62,000 nucleotides of DNA from Hyalangium minutum (GTDB taxonomy: Bacteria > Myxococcota > Myxococcia > Myxococcales > Myxococcaceae). The notes under the pieces are model-generated. The model made no database searches, was not told the origin of the DNA, and worked only from the letters and a program-made list of their open reading frames with translations. The position numbers and the translations under genes were made by a program. Location of the stretch: contig NZ_JMCB01000002.1 in assembly GCF_000737315.1 (NCBI RefSeq), positions 144,001 to 206,000 on the forward strand. The letters are read 5' to 3'. Positions 49,785-62,000 of the stretch are shown here, piece after piece. Within the stretch, counting starts at the first letter, position 1. Every line of letters starts with the position of its first letter.

Positions 49785-50978
49785 CTACTGCGCTTGCGCG
49801 CGGTAGCGGGCCATGCACCGCTGGAAGCGCTGATCCACCGAGCGCGCGAACCACGCCGTGGTGCGCTCCCGGCTCAGCTTGGGGCTGTGGAGGGTGACCT
49901 CGGGCAGCTGCGCGTACTCGGGACGCTTGCCCGTCACCTTCTGATAGCGGGCCTTCACCGCGCGCCACGTGTCCGTCTCCTCGAAGTCCCGTTGCTTCTC
50001 CTTCCGCGCATCGCGGCGCACCTGGCGCTCGCTCAGCTCGGGCGCGTGGCGAGCCCGGAAGGCCAACAGCGCCGCGAGGGTGCGGCTGTCCTCGTCCTTG
50101 GGCTCTCCCTCCTTGTCATAAAGGAGCAGGTCCCCATCCCGCGCTAGCGGCAGCCGCATCAGCTCGCTCACCTGAGCCTGCAGCGCCGCGTTGCGCGAGG
50201 AGTAGAGCCCCGAGTTGTAGTCCGCGAAGCGGTAGAGCGGCTGGCTGTAGCCGGCCTCGTACCCCAGCAGCCGCGCCGTGCCGTAGCGCACGCCCCCGGC
50301 GCGCGTGTAGAGCTCCTCACGAACCTCGGCTTCGGGCCGGTCCTCGTCGTTCTGCTCCCGCGCGAAGCGCACGCTCACCTGCATGGAGCCTGCGGTGGTG
50401 ATGGGGTTGAGCTCCTCCAGGCTCTGCGAATTCACCAGCTCGCTGGCGAGATCCGCCGCCGTGTACACCGCCGGGTACTGCTCCTCGTAGGCCTTCAGCA
50501 GCTCGCGGAAGAACCGATCCAGATCCGCCTCCGTCCGCACCGCCTTGAGGCGCGCTTCAAACGTCTGCGACTGGCCCGGGGCGCGGTGCTGCAGCAGCGC
50601 CTCCAGCGCCTTGCGCCCCACCACGCCCAGCTTCCCCGCGTAGACATCCAGCCGCTTGCGGACGATGCGCGGCAGCTCCTTCACCACCGGGTTGGCCTGG
50701 AAGCCGGACTCCTGCTCAATGACGGCGAGCACCTCGCACACGGGCTCGGCCCACGGGTGCACTCGCCGCGCCTCCAGCGCCACCACCACGTCCTGGGCCC
50801 ACCCCTCGCGCTCGGACACCTGCGGCGGCAGCAGCTTCGCCACCTGCGCCACGCTGAGCTTCGGCGGGAGCGGCGCAGGGGGTTCCGAGCCCCTCAGACC
50901 CCTCGTCCCGCAGCTCGCAAACACCAGCAGTGCGCCCACTGCAAGAAACACCCCCTTTGATACTGATGGAAATTTCAT
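49785..50978 (-). CDS. DUF1615 (YaiW-like) lipoprotein
   Basis: FASC lipobox, IEQESGFQANP, NPITTAGSMQVS and RFADYNSG.YSSRNAA motifs. Confidence 0.85.
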   Translation of the reverse strand: MKFPSVSKGVFLAVGALLVFASCGTRGLRGSEPPAPLPPKLSVAQVAKLLPPQVSEREGWAQDVVVALEARRVHPWAEPVCEVLAVIEQESGFQANPVVKELPRIVRKRLDVYAGKLGVVGRKALEALLQHRAPGQSQTFEARLKAVRTEADLDRFFRELLKAYEEQYPAVYTAADLASELVNSQSLEELNPITTAGSMQVSVRFAREQNDEDRPEAEVREELYTRAGGVRYGTARLLGYEAGYSQPLYRFADYNSGLYSSRNAALQAQVSELMRLPLARDGDLLLYDKEGEPKDEDSRTLAALLAFRARHAPELSERQVRRDARKEKQRDFEETDTWRAVKARYQKVTGKRPEYAQLPEVTLHSPKLSRERTTAWFARSVDQRFQRCMARYRAQAQ

Positions 50979-51155
50979 TCTCCACTGTCCGGGTGGGCGG
51001 GTCGGAAAACACTCTGTTTCACGCCATGTTAGGGGAAAGGGTTTTCGACTCGCACTGCAGGCCCTTCTTCTAACACTCCGAGAGTGTTGAAGAATTCCGG
51101 AAAACCTAAACCGGTATACACAGTGAGAACCGACTAATACGTTATTTTTCTAATT

Positions 51156-53546
51156 GTGGCTCAAATTGTGAGAACGTACTTCCGAAAAAAAGAAGTTGCT
51201 CTGATGTTTACCCGCATGTCACGAATCCCGGGCTTTTCCCCCGAGGAGGTAGTCCGTTTGAGCAAGACACTTGTGAAGACGTTCTGTGCGGCGTGGCTGG
51301 GTCTCGCCTTCACCGCGTGTGACACCACTGAGCAGCAGCAGGTGGATGCCGATGACGTGATGACGCTGTCCGCCAAGGACGGCTCGGACATCCAGCAGGC
51401 CCTGGGCTCGCTGCCCAGCGCGACGGTGCTGGGTGTTCATGAGAAGGACGCTGTGCCCTTCATGATCAAGGGGCAGCTCGGTACCTCCAACGGGTCTGCG
51501 GTAGGCCTGGCGGTGGTGGACGCGAAGGCCGCGGTGCAGACGGCGCTGAGCCAGATCGCCCCGGTGTTCCGCCTGCGCGCCGATGACCTCGTGGTCAAGC
51601 GCGTCTCGCAGGACGAGATGGGCCACCAGCACATCCGCCTCGCCCAGACGAAGAACGGCCTGCCCGTCATCAACGGCGAGCTGATCCTCCACGTGGACAA
51701 GGCCGGCAACGTGTACGCCGCCAACGGCGATGCCCGTGACGACCAGGGCGCTGTCACCCAGCTGAAGCTGGTCAAGGCGAAGGTCAGCGCGGAGGCCGCC
51801 GCGGTCGCCGCGAGCGACTCCACCGAGGGCCTGAACAAGTCCGCCAAGGCCGAGCGTCTGGTCTACGTGCGCGACACCAACGAGAACCTGGTGCTGGCGC
51901 ACGAGGTTCGCGTGACCGGCGCGCGCCTGGACGGCATCCCCGTCGAGGACCTGGTGTACGTGAACGCCAACAACGGCACCGTCGCCCTGCGCGCGCCGAA
52001 GGTGTACACGGCCCTGAACCGCGCGGTGTACAGCGCCAACAACGGCACCTCGCTGCCGGGCACGCTCAAGCGCTCCGAGGGTGGTGCGGCCGCGAATGAC
52101 ACCCACGTGGACCAGAACTACACGCGGTTGGGCAAGACCTACGAGTGCTACTCGGTCAACTTCGGCCGCGACTCGTACAACGGCTCGGGCGCGCAGCTGA
52201 AGAGCACGGTGCACTACAGCTCCAACTACGTGAACGCCTACTGGAACAGCAGCCAGATGGTGTACGGCGACGGCAACGGCACGGACTCCACCATGCTGGG
52301 CCTGGACGCGGACGTCACCACGCACGAGCTGACGCACGCCGTGACGGAGTACGAGTCCAACCTCACCTACTCGGGCGAGTCCGGTGGTCTGAACGAGTCG
52401 ATGTCCGACATCTTCGGCGCCTACTGCGAGAGCTGGGAGGCTTCCACCACGAACGGCGGCACGTGGCCCACCACCGCGGACATCTGGATGGTCGGCGAGG
52501 ACATCTGGACCCCGGGCACTCCGAACGACGCGCTCCGCTACATGGATGACCCGGCCAAGGACGGGGCTTCCAAGGATCTGTGGACCAGCAGCGCCGGCAG
52601 CGTGGACGTGCACTACAGCTCCGGTATCTCCAACCTGGCCTTCGCCCTGCTCTCCAAGGGCGGTACGCACCCGCGCGGCAAGACGACTGTCAGCGTGACG
52701 GGCATCGGCGTGCAGAAGGCCGGCGCCATCTTCTACAAGGCGAACAAGGACCTGATGACGGCCTCGACGACCTTCAACCAGGCCAAGACGTACACGGAGC
52801 AGGCCGCCGACGCGCTGGGCTACACTGCGGAGAAGGCCTCCGTGACGGCCGCGTGGCAGGCTGTGGGCGTGGGCGGTGGCACGACGCCTCCTCCGAGCTG
52901 CACCAGCACCATCGTGCTGAGCAACGGCGTGGCGGCGACCAACGTCGGTGCGACTGCGGGCAATTTCTCCTGCACCTACACGCTGACTGTGCCCTCGGGC
53001 CAGACCAGCCTGTCGTTCGCCCTCAGCGGCGGCACGGGTGACGGCGACATGTACGTGAAGTTCGGCACCGCGCCGACGACCAGCGTCTACGACTGCCGTC
53101 CGTACACCTCTGGCAACGCCGAGACGTGCAACTTCACCAACCCGGCGGCGGGCACCTGGTACGTGAAGGTGAATGCGTACAGCGACTTCTCGGGCGCCAG
53201 CCTGAAGGGCACCTACTCCGGCGGCACGACGCCTCCGGGCGACACGCTGACCAACGGCGTGGCCACGGCGGCCTACTCCGGCGCGGCGAGCTCGCAGACC
53301 TGCTGGACGCTGACCGTCCCCGCGGGCAAGTCGGTGGTCTTCGCCCAGGCGGGCGGCACGGGTGATGCGGACCTGTACGTGCGCAAGGGCTCGGCTCCGA
53401 CGACCACCACCTACGACTGCCGCCCGTACCTGAGCGGCAACAACGAGTCGTGCTCGTTCGCCGCGGGCACCGCGAGCGTCCAGTACTACGCCTGCTCGCG
53501 CGGCTACAGCGCGTACACCGGCGTGACGATGAAGGGCACCTACTAG
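51156..53546 (+). CDS. M4 (thermolysin-like) metalloprotease with FTP/PepSY propeptide and two PPC domains
   Basis: NAYW, HELTH, GGLNESMSD, VHYSSG and two GGTGD.D.YV..G..PT...YDCRP repeats. The true start is probably downstream of 51156. Confidence 0.93.
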   Translation: MAQIVRTYFRKKEVALMFTRMSRIPGFSPEEVVRLSKTLVKTFCAAWLGLAFTACDTTEQQQVDADDVMTLSAKDGSDIQQALGSLPSATVLGVHEKDAVPFMIKGQLGTSNGSAVGLAVVDAKAAVQTALSQIAPVFRLRADDLVVKRVSQDEMGHQHIRLAQTKNGLPVINGELILHVDKAGNVYAANGDARDDQGAVTQLKLVKAKVSAEAAAVAASDSTEGLNKSAKAERLVYVRDTNENLVLAHEVRVTGARLDGIPVEDLVYVNANNGTVALRAPKVYTALNRAVYSANNGTSLPGTLKRSEGGAAANDTHVDQNYTRLGKTYECYSVNFGRDSYNGSGAQLKSTVHYSSNYVNAYWNSSQMVYGDGNGTDSTMLGLDADVTTHELTHAVTEYESNLTYSGESGGLNESMSDIFGAYCESWEASTTNGGTWPTTADIWMVGEDIWTPGTPNDALRYMDDPAKDGASKDLWTSSAGSVDVHYSSGISNLAFALLSKGGTHPRGKTTVSVTGIGVQKAGAIFYKANKDLMTASTTFNQAKTYTEQAADALGYTAEKASVTAAWQAVGVGGGTTPPPSCTSTIVLSNGVAATNVGATAGNFSCTYTLTVPSGQTSLSFALSGGTGDGDMYVKFGTAPTTSVYDCRPYTSGNAETCNFTNPAAGTWYVKVNAYSDFSGASLKGTYSGGTTPPGDTLTNGVATAAYSGAASSQTCWTLTVPAGKSVVFAQAGGTGDADLYVRKGSAPTTTTYDCRPYLSGNNESCSFAAGTASVQYYACSRGYSAYTGVTMKGTY

Positions 53547-53568
53547 TCCCTCACCGTTGAGTTGAAAT

Positions 53569-53610
53569 GACACGCCCGGGGGCCTCGTGCTCCCGGGCGT
53601 TGTCTTTTTT
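53569..53610 (+). terminator. Rho-independent terminator after the M4 protease gene
   Basis: ACGCCCGGG...CCCGGGCGT stem followed by TGTCTTTTTT. Confidence 0.8.
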
Positions 53611-53617
53611 CAGGCCC

Positions 53618-54355
53618 TCAGCGGCGCACTTCGATGTCGCGCGCGATGCTGTCGTCTCCGACGAGATCAAAGGAGGCGCGCACCGAGGTGCCCTCCTCGA
53701 GCTGACGCAGCGGCACGCTCTGGCCCGCGCGCACCCCGCGGCTGCGCTTGTCGATGCGCAGCTCGTACACGTTGCCCTCGGTGTCCTTCAGGTGGAGCGT
53801 GCTCTTGCCCACGCGGGTGACGCGGCCGTCCACCGTGCCGGTGGCGATGACCACCCGGTCCAGCGGCACCGAGTCGTTCTGCCCGAACGCGCGCGCTGCC
53901 TTGGCCGCGCCCTCGTACCAGGACTCATCCTCACGCGCCTGGACGGCCTCGAAGCCGATCATCACCCGGCCCTCGGGCGCCGCCTGCGCGGTTCCGGACG
54001 GGGCGCCCGTCGAGCTTGCCGTGCTGGGCGCTGGAGAGGCCGTGGCCGTTGCCGGAGCGGTTGTGGCTGGAGCGGCGGTGTTCGTCCGGGCGCTCGTGCC
54101 GGTGCGGGCCTCGGCCTGGACCGGACCGGGAGCGGCCCCCGGGATGACGCCTGGAGCCGTGGCCTGCGGGGCCTCGGTGCCTACCGTGGGCGCCGGGCTG
54201 ATTCGCTCGGGTGAAGCGCCCTCGCTTGGCCGCGTGGGGGCAGGAGCCCTTGCGGCGACCGGTGCTGTCTGCTCATGGCGCTCGCGCTCCCGGCATCCCG
54301 ACAGCAGTGCGCACGCCCCCATGACTCCCATCCACGCCCAACGACGCCCCATCAT
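53618..54355 (-). CDS. Lipoprotein with Ala/Pro/Thr-rich linker and small C-terminal beta (OB-like) domain
   Basis: LLSGC lipobox after MMGRRWAW. The C-terminal GTVDGRVTRVG...VRASF segment is beta-rich. Confidence 0.7.
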   Translation of the reverse strand: MMGRRWAWMGVMGACALLSGCRERERHEQTAPVAARAPAPTRPSEGASPERISPAPTVGTEAPQATAPGVIPGAAPGPVQAEARTGTSARTNTAAPATTAPATATASPAPSTASSTGAPSGTAQAAPEGRVMIGFEAVQAREDESWYEGAAKAARAFGQNDSVPLDRVVIATGTVDGRVTRVGKSTLHLKDTEGNVYELRIDKRSRGVRAGQSVPLRQLEEGTSVRASFDLVGDDSIARDIEVRR

Positions 54356-54599
54356 TGGCCTCCCCGATGTGGGAAAACAGGTTCCGTCCTGCTCCCACTG
54401 CAAACGGTGCGCCCGGGCCGGGTTCCCAGGGCGAGAGGCGGGGACTTTCAGCAGGAGACACTGCGAGGCGGCGAAGTCAGGTGGGCAGGCTGCGAGGGAA
54501 GGAGGAGGACGCGTGACGTCGGGAAGCCAGGGGGAGGAGTTTCCCACCGCTCGTGGCGAAGGTATTTCCCTCGGGGCGTGAGGAAGTGGACACCCGCCG

Positions 54600-55409
54600 T
54601 CAGTCCATGAGCGCGCGAGCCACCGCCCGGATGTGGATGCGCACCCGCTCGCGGGCGGCGGTGAGCACGGAGGCGTCCGCCGGGTCGTACCCGAGGCACA
54701 GCACCACATCGTCCTCGGGCGCGGCCCTGACGCCCAGCTTCGCGTAGTTGATCATCCGGGAGACGGGCTCTCCCACGGTGTCCGGGGTGAAGCGGCCGAA
54801 GATGGGCGCGTAGGGGCTGCGGTCCGCTGCGGTCTCCTTCAGCGCGAAGAGTCGGCGCACGGCCTCCAGCGCCGCGGGCCGGGCCATCATCGTCTCGGGC
54901 CGGGCCGGGCCTCCCAGCTCGCGCTCGATGAGGCGCAGGCAGCCCCGAACGAACTCCACGTCGGTGATGACGAGGCCGTAGAGGTACCAGTCCGGGCACG
55001 CCGCCTGGACGAGCCGCGCCTGGGCATCCTCGAGCCAGCCGAACGAGGGGCAGGTGAACGTCTCGCAGATGGAGGCGCGGTAGACGCCGCAGTCGCGCAG
55101 ATCTACCCCGCCGGTGACCTTAGGGTGGCCCAGGCAGCCCACCTGGCGCTGCTCGGCATCGATGAAACCCAGCAGGGGGCAGACGCGGACGGCGGGGAAC
55201 AAGGGAGGCTCGTTGCGAGACTCCACGAACTCCTTGGCCGCCGCACGCCAGGCCTCCATCTCCTTGGGTACGTCCCTCAGCTGGGCCGTCTGCTCGGCAA
55301 GCCGCTGGGTGAGCGCCGCGCGCGAGTGGTCCCGGAAGTTGTACAGCCCGCAGCAGGCGCCGCAGGAGGCGCCTCGGCCGGGTTGGCACAGGTGAAAGGA
55401 GACAGTCAC
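54600..55409 (-). CDS. Cys-rich hypothetical protein, probable Zn or Fe-S cluster binder
   Basis: C......CGACC, CP.LG, GC..H and C..Y...IC..F.C motifs. Confidence 0.7.
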   Translation of the reverse strand: MTVSFHLCQPGRGASCGACCGLYNFRDHSRAALTQRLAEQTAQLRDVPKEMEAWRAAAKEFVESRNEPPLFPAVRVCPLLGFIDAEQRQVGCLGHPKVTGGVDLRDCGVYRASICETFTCPSFGWLEDAQARLVQAACPDWYLYGLVITDVEFVRGCLRLIERELGGPARPETMMARPAALEAVRRLFALKETAADRSPYAPIFGRFTPDTVGEPVSRMINYAKLGVRAAPEDDVVLCLGYDPADASVLTAARERVRIHIRAVARALMD

Positions 55410-55430
55410 AGCTCTTCCTCTATCAACAAC

Positions 55431-57235
<1,805 letters not shown>

Positions 57236-57236
<1 letters not shown>

Positions 57237-57520
57237 TAGCGTTCGACCTGCACGCCCTTCCAGAAGGCCACGTAGCCGCGGATGTTGCGAGCCGCGTCCT
57301 TGGGCTCGGGGTAGTACCAGGCGGCGTCCTTGTTGACTTGTCCGTCCACCACCACGTCGTAGTAGCTGGCCTCGCCCTTCCAGGCGCAGGTGGTATGCGT
57401 GCTGCTCGGCTGGAAGCGCTCGCGCTTGAGCGCCTCGGGAGGGAAGTAGACGTTGCCCTCCACAACTTCATACCGGTCGCTCTCGGCGAGCACGGCGTTC
57501 TTCCAGATAGCCTTGGCCAT
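57236..57520 (-). CDS. DUF427 family protein
   Basis: [19 protein letters not shown] and AAWYYPEPK motifs. Confidence 0.9.
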
Positions 57521-57817
57521 GGGTCACCTCCGGAGACAGTTCTGCTCCAGTGGCCCGAGGAGTGCCAGGAGAACCTACCTGCTTGCCAAGCTGGGAGGGA
57601 CTCGCACGGACAGTGCGGGTAGCTGGCGCCTGGTGGGATGCTCGCCCAGGGGGCACTAGGACTTGCGGTCAATTGTCGGGTGGCGGAAAGGGTGTCCTCA
57701 GTTGAAAGGGTCCAGGGCAGCCTGACTGTTAGCGTCTGGCGCCTGATGGACATCCCCCCGTTGCCAGACACCGCGAGCACCCCCGGTTTTGAGGGCCAGG
57801 GGCCGGCGGGCGGCCTC

Positions 57818-60343
57818 ATGAGCGACGCCTTCCGGCTGCTGGCGGAGAGCATTCCCCAGCTCGTGTGGACCACCCGCCCAGATGGTTTCCACGACTACTA
57901 CAACCAGCGCTGGTACGAGTACACGGGGACCACTTCCACGCAGTCGCAGGGCGAGGGGTGGCAGGGGCCCTTCCACCCGGACGACATGCCGGAGGCGCTG
58001 CGGCGGTGGCACCACTCGCTGCGCACGGGTGAGCCCTATGAGACGGAGTACCGCTGCCGCCGCCATGACGGCGTCTACCGCTGGTTCCTGGGCCGGGCCC
58101 AGCCTCTGCGGGATGCGCAGGGGAACATCATCAAATGGTTCGGTACCTGCACGGACATTGACGACCAGAAGCGCGCCGCGGACTCCATGATCTTCCTGGC
58201 CGAGGCGGGGTCGCTGCTGGCCTCCTCTTCGCTGGACTATGAGGCCACGCTCGAGGCCCTCACCCGGCTGGTGGTGCCGCGCTTGGCGGACTGGTGTGGC
58301 GTCGAGATCGTCAACGCGGATGCCTCCACGCGGCAGGTAGGGGTGGCCCACGTGGATCCGGCCAAGGTGCGCTACGCCAAGGAACTGCGCCAGCGCTACC
58401 CGCCGCGCCCGGAAGATGCGCACGGCGTGCTCGAGGTCATCCGCACCGGCAAGGGCGAGTTTCTCCCAGACATCCCGGACGAACTGCTGGTGGCGGGGGC
58501 ACGGGACGCCGAGCACCTGCGCATCGCACGGGAGCTGGGGCTGCGCTCGGCCATGGTCGTACCGCTCACGGCCCGCGGGCGCACGCTGGGGGCGCTCTCG
58601 ATGGTGAATGCCGAGTCTCGCCGGCGCTTCACCCGCGAGGACTTCACATTGGCCGAGCAACTGGCCACTCGGGCCGCCCTGGCGGTGGACACCGCGAGGC
58701 TGTACCGCGATGCGCTGCACGCGGAGGAGCGCTTTCGCTCCCTCGTCACCGCCACGGCCCAGGCTGTGTGGGTGACGAGCCCAGAGGGAGTGGTGCAGGA
58801 GGACTCGCCCTCCTGGCGAGCCTTCACCGGCCAGAGCTACGAGGAGTGGAATGGCTTGGGCTGGCTCGACGCGGTCCACCCAGAGGATCGCGAGAAGGCG
58901 GCGCGCGCGTGGCGAGAGGCGGTGGAGCGGCAAGGGGCCTACGAGGTGGAGTACCGGCTGCGCCGTCCGGATGGGAGCTACAGCATCACAGGGGCGCGCG
59001 CGGTGCCTGTCCGGAACGAGAACGGGAGCGTGCGCGAGTGGGTGGGCATCACCACGGACCTGACCGCGCAGCGCGAGGCGGAGGCAGCGGCCCGCAGCCT
59101 TCAGGCCGAGCAAAGTGCCCGGCGCCACGAGGCGCTGCGCGCGGACGTGAGCGAGGCCCTCGCAGGGCAGGGAAGCAAGGCACAGCTCCTCCAGGCGGCC
59201 TGTGAGGCGGTGGTGAGGCACCTGGATGTCGCGCTGGCGCGTGTGTGGCTGTTGGAGCGGGACGCCCCGGAACTGCGGCTGGTAGCCAGCGCGGGGCGCT
59301 CCACGGACCTGGAGGGGGAGCATGCGCGCATCCCCTTGGGGGAGCATCGGCTCGGGCGCATTGCCCACGAGCGCAGGCCGCACATGACGAACGACCTGTG
59401 GCGTGAACCGGAGGCTGCGGATCGGGACTGGGCGCTCCGGGAGGGGTTGCGGTCGCTGGCAGGCTATCCCGTGGTGCTGGCTGAGCAGCTCGTGGGGGTG
59501 TTCGCGGTATTTGGCACCGAGCCCATCTCCCGCGAGGTGGCGGACACGCTCGCCGCGGTGGTGGAGATCATCAACCAGGGGGTGGAGCGCCGCAGGGCCG
59601 AGAGGGACTTGCGCCGGCATGCCGAGGAACTGTCGCGCTCCAATGAGGAGCTGCAGCAATTTGCCTACGTGGCCTCGCATGACCTGCAGGAGCCGCTGCG
59701 GATGGTGGCCAGCTACACGCAACTGCTGGCGCGGCGCTACCGGGGAAAGCTGGACGCGGACGCAGACGAGTTCATTGGCTACGCGGTGGACGGGGTGAAC
59801 CGGATGCAGCGGCTCATCCAGGACCTGCTCGCCTACTCGCGTGTGGGGACGCGAGGGCGGGAGTTCAAGCCATGCGCCGTCGGGCCGGTGGTGCAGCGGG
59901 CGGTGGAGAACCTGCGGAAGGTGATGGAGGAGGTGGGTGGGGAGGTGAGGGTCGGCGAGCTGCCAGCCGTGCTGGGGGACGAGACGCAGCTCATCCAGCT
60001 GTTCCAGAACCTGGTGGCGAACGCACTGAAGTTCCATGGCAAGGCGCCACCGCGGGTGGAGGTGGCGGCGGAGGCGCACGGGCGCGATGGGTGGCGCTTC
60101 ACGGTGAAGGACAACGGGCTGGGGATCGACGCGCAGTACTTCGAGCGCATCTTCATCATCTTCCAGCGGTTGCACGGGCGGGAGGAGTACCCGGGCACGG
60201 GGATTGGGCTGGCGATCTGCAAGAAGATCGTCGAGCGTCACGGAGGACGGATTGGCGTGGAATCTCGGCCGGGTGAGGGCTCCACGTTCTGGTTCACATT
60301 GCCAGCGGTACCTACCGAGGCCTCGGCCTCCAAGGCTTCATAG
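57818..60343 (+). CDS. PAS-GAF-PAS-GAF sensor histidine kinase
   Basis: Two PAS/PAC domains (HPDD..., YRCRRHDG), two GAF domains, [24 protein letters not shown] and GTGIGLAIC. Start between 57638 and 57818. Confidence 0.92.
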   Translation: MSDAFRLLAESIPQLVWTTRPDGFHDYYNQRWYEYTGTTSTQSQGEGWQGPFHPDDMPEALRRWHHSLRTGEPYETEYRCRRHDGVYRWFLGRAQPLRDAQGNIIKWFGTCTDIDDQKRAADSMIFLAEAGSLLASSSLDYEATLEALTRLVVPRLADWCGVEIVNADASTRQVGVAHVDPAKVRYAKELRQRYPPRPEDAHGVLEVIRTGKGEFLPDIPDELLVAGARDAEHLRIARELGLRSAMVVPLTARGRTLGALSMVNAESRRRFTREDFTLAEQLATRAALAVDTARLYRDALHAEERFRSLVTATAQAVWVTSPEGVVQEDSPSWRAFTGQSYEEWNGLGWLDAVHPEDREKAARAWREAVERQGAYEVEYRLRRPDGSYSITGARAVPVRNENGSVREWVGITTDLTAQREAEAAARSLQAEQSARRHEALRADVSEALAGQGSKAQLLQAACEAVVRHLDVALARVWLLERDAPELRLVASAGRSTDLEGEHARIPLGEHRLGRIAHERRPHMTNDLWREPEAADRDWALREGLRSLAGYPVVLAEQLVGVFAVFGTEPISREVADTLAAVVEIINQGVERRRAERDLRRHAEELSRSNEELQQFAYVASHDLQEPLRMVASYTQLLARRYRGKLDADADEFIGYAVDGVNRMQRLIQDLLAYSRVGTRGREFKPCAVGPVVQRAVENLRKVMEEVGGEVRVGELPAVLGDETQLIQLFQNLVANALKFHGKAPPRVEVAAEAHGRDGWRFTVKDNGLGIDAQYFERIFIIFQRLHGREEYPGTGIGLAICKKIVERHGGRIGVESRPGEGSTFWFTLPAVPTEASASKAS

Positions 60344-60345
60344 GC

Positions 60346-60795
60346 ATGAACTTCGAAGAGCACGGCAGGCCGGTGGAGATCCTCCTGGTTGAGGACAATC
60401 CGGGCGATGTCCGGTTGACCATCGAAGCCCTCAAGGAGGGCAAGGTGCGCAATAACCTCTCGGTGGTGAAGGATGGGGTGGAGGCGCTGGCCTTCCTGCG
60501 CCGCGAGGGGACCTTTGCGGGAGCAACCCGTCCGGACCTGATTCTGTTGGACCTGAACCTGCCGAAGAAGGACGGGCGGGAAGTGCTGGCGGAGATCAAG
60601 GACGATGGGACGCTGCGGCGCATCCCCGTGGTGGTTCTGACGACGTCGAAGGCGGAGGAGGACATCCTTCGGACGTACGATCTGCACGCCAATTGCTACA
60701 TCACCAAGCCGGTGGACCTGGAGCAGTTCATCTCGGTGGTCCGGTCAATCGACGATTTCTGGCTGTCGGTGGTCCGGCTGCCTCCGAAGGCGTGA
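60346..60795 (+). CDS. Single-domain response regulator (Rcp1-like)
   Basis: [20 protein letters not shown] and ANCYITKP...FW motifs. Confidence 0.92.
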   Translation: MNFEEHGRPVEILLVEDNPGDVRLTIEALKEGKVRNNLSVVKDGVEALAFLRREGTFAGATRPDLILLDLNLPKKDGREVLAEIKDDGTLRRIPVVVLTTSKAEEDILRTYDLHANCYITKPVDLEQFISVVRSIDDFWLSVVRLPPKA

Positions 60796-60799
60796 GCGC

Positions 60800-61930
60800 A
60801 TGGCTCTTGTGGAACAGGTTCTGAGACTGTTGCTGGTGGAGGACAACCCGGCGGACGCGCGGCTCATTCAGGAGGAACTGCGCGAGGTGCCCTCGGTGCG
60901 CTTCGAGGTGTTGCACGTGATGCGCCTCTCTCAAGCGGAGCGGGTGGTGCGCGAGGCGAAGCTGGACGCGGTGCTGTTGGACCTGTCGCTGCCGGACGGG
61001 CACGGGCTGGGCAACATCTCGCGGTTGCTCCAGGAGGCGCCGGCGGTGCCCCTGGTGGTGCTGACGGGCACGGACGACGAGCAGCTCGCGGTGCAGGCGG
61101 TGCACCAGGGCGCGCAGGACTACCTGGTGAAGGGGCAGGTGACGGGCCCTCTGTTGGTGCGGGCGCTGCGCTACGCGATCGAGCGCAAGCGGGCCGAGGA
61201 GGGGCTCAAGCGCGAGGAGGCACAAAAGCAGACGGCGATCTTCCGTGAGCAGTTCCTGGCCGTCCTCGGGCACGACCTGCGCAATCCGCTGAATGCCATC
61301 TCCGGCAACGCGGGCCTGCTGCTGCGCTACGGAGGGCTGACGGAGCCCCAGCGCAAGGCGGTCAACCGCATCTCCATCTCGTCGGACCGGATGGCGCGGA
61401 TGATCAACGACCTGCTGGACTTCACGCGGGCACGGCTCGGCGGCGGCTATCCGGTGAGCCGGGCGCGGATGAACGTGCACGACGTGCTCCGGCAGGTGGT
61501 GGAGGAACTGGAGGTCGCGCATCCGCAGCGTCGCTTCGAGCTGAGCCTCAGCGGGAACGGCTGGGGAGACTGGGACGCGGACCGGATCGCCCAGGCGGCG
61601 TCGAACTTGGTGGGCAATGCGGTGCAGTACTCGCCCGAGGACACGGTGGTGTCGGTGTCCGCGCACGACGAGGGAGAAGGGATCTGCGTGCAGGTGCACA
61701 ACTTGGGCCTGCCCATCCCCGCGGAGCGGCTGCCCCACATCTTCGATCCGTTCGTGCGAGGCGTCGAAGGCACACGCAACGCGGCGCGCCCGGGGCTGGG
61801 GCTGGGGCTCTACATCACCCACGAGATCGCGCGCGCCCACGGGGGCACGCTGCGGGTGACGTCTACTGAGGCGGATGGCACCCGCTTCTGGATGAACCTG
61901 CCGCGCCATTCGACGATTGCGCCCTTGTAG
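60800..61930 (+). CDS. Hybrid receiver-histidine kinase
   Basis: N-terminal receiver (LLVEDN, LLDLSLPD, AQDYLVK), H-box GHDLRNPL and GLGLGL motif. Confidence 0.92.
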   Translation: MALVEQVLRLLLVEDNPADARLIQEELREVPSVRFEVLHVMRLSQAERVVREAKLDAVLLDLSLPDGHGLGNISRLLQEAPAVPLVVLTGTDDEQLAVQAVHQGAQDYLVKGQVTGPLLVRALRYAIERKRAEEGLKREEAQKQTAIFREQFLAVLGHDLRNPLNAISGNAGLLLRYGGLTEPQRKAVNRISISSDRMARMINDLLDFTRARLGGGYPVSRARMNVHDVLRQVVEELEVAHPQRRFELSLSGNGWGDWDADRIAQAASNLVGNAVQYSPEDTVVSVSAHDEGEGICVQVHNLGLPIPAERLPHIFDPFVRGVEGTRNAARPGLGLGLYITHEIARAHGGTLRVTSTEADGTRFWMNLPRHSTIAPL

Positions 61931-62000
61931 GCATGAGCCTGCTGATTCTTGCTGCAGACAGCCGCTGTATTGGTACGCCGCTCTCTGTCATAGGCAAGTG

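Noticed and set aside
51219-53573. 784-aa minus-strand ORF
   Set aside because: Antisense shadow of the M4 protease. The same reasoning applies to most Arg/Pro/Gly-rich overlapping ORFs in the track.

Overview
High-GC bacterial chromosomal DNA, almost certainly from a myxobacterium (inferred from gene content: SitA6/SitI6-type toxin-immunity pairs, DUF2381, many Ser/Thr kinases, sigma-54 activator). From left to right: a Gly/Ala-rich, probably secreted protein and a TPR protein; two diverged sitA6-sitI6-type lipoprotein toxin/immunity pairs flanking an opposite-strand DUF2381/kinase/pseudokinase cassette; a thioesterase; a TPR-kinase, small protein and sigma-54 activator module with a visible -24/-12 promoter and a phased upstream repeat; gyrA; a PAS histidine kinase; a CHAD protein; a urease operon whose proteins resemble plant/fungal ones (ureD, fused ureAB, ureC, ureF, His-rich ureG, no ureE); scramblase, VIT-vWA and MerR-like genes; slipin, NfeD and TreT-like genes; nhaR; tRNA-Phe. 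Immediately after the tRNA terminator is the most interesting element, a compact three-gene cluster on the minus strand. It encodes a site-2 (M50, YydH/EpeP-like) peptidase, an LpxL/LPLAT-like acyltransferase, and a 57-aa Cys-rich peptide with a strong RBS that is too short for the supplied ORF track. Together these look like a candidate ribosomally made lipopeptide (RiPP) system. After it come a SWIM-SNF2 operon, an M16 protease pair, a DUF1615 lipoprotein, an M4 protease, an acyl-CoA dehydrogenase and a PAS/GAF kinase-response regulator cluster. No CRISPR array, rRNA, integrase or intact transposase was seen. All family assignments are from motif recognition by eye; no database search was run.
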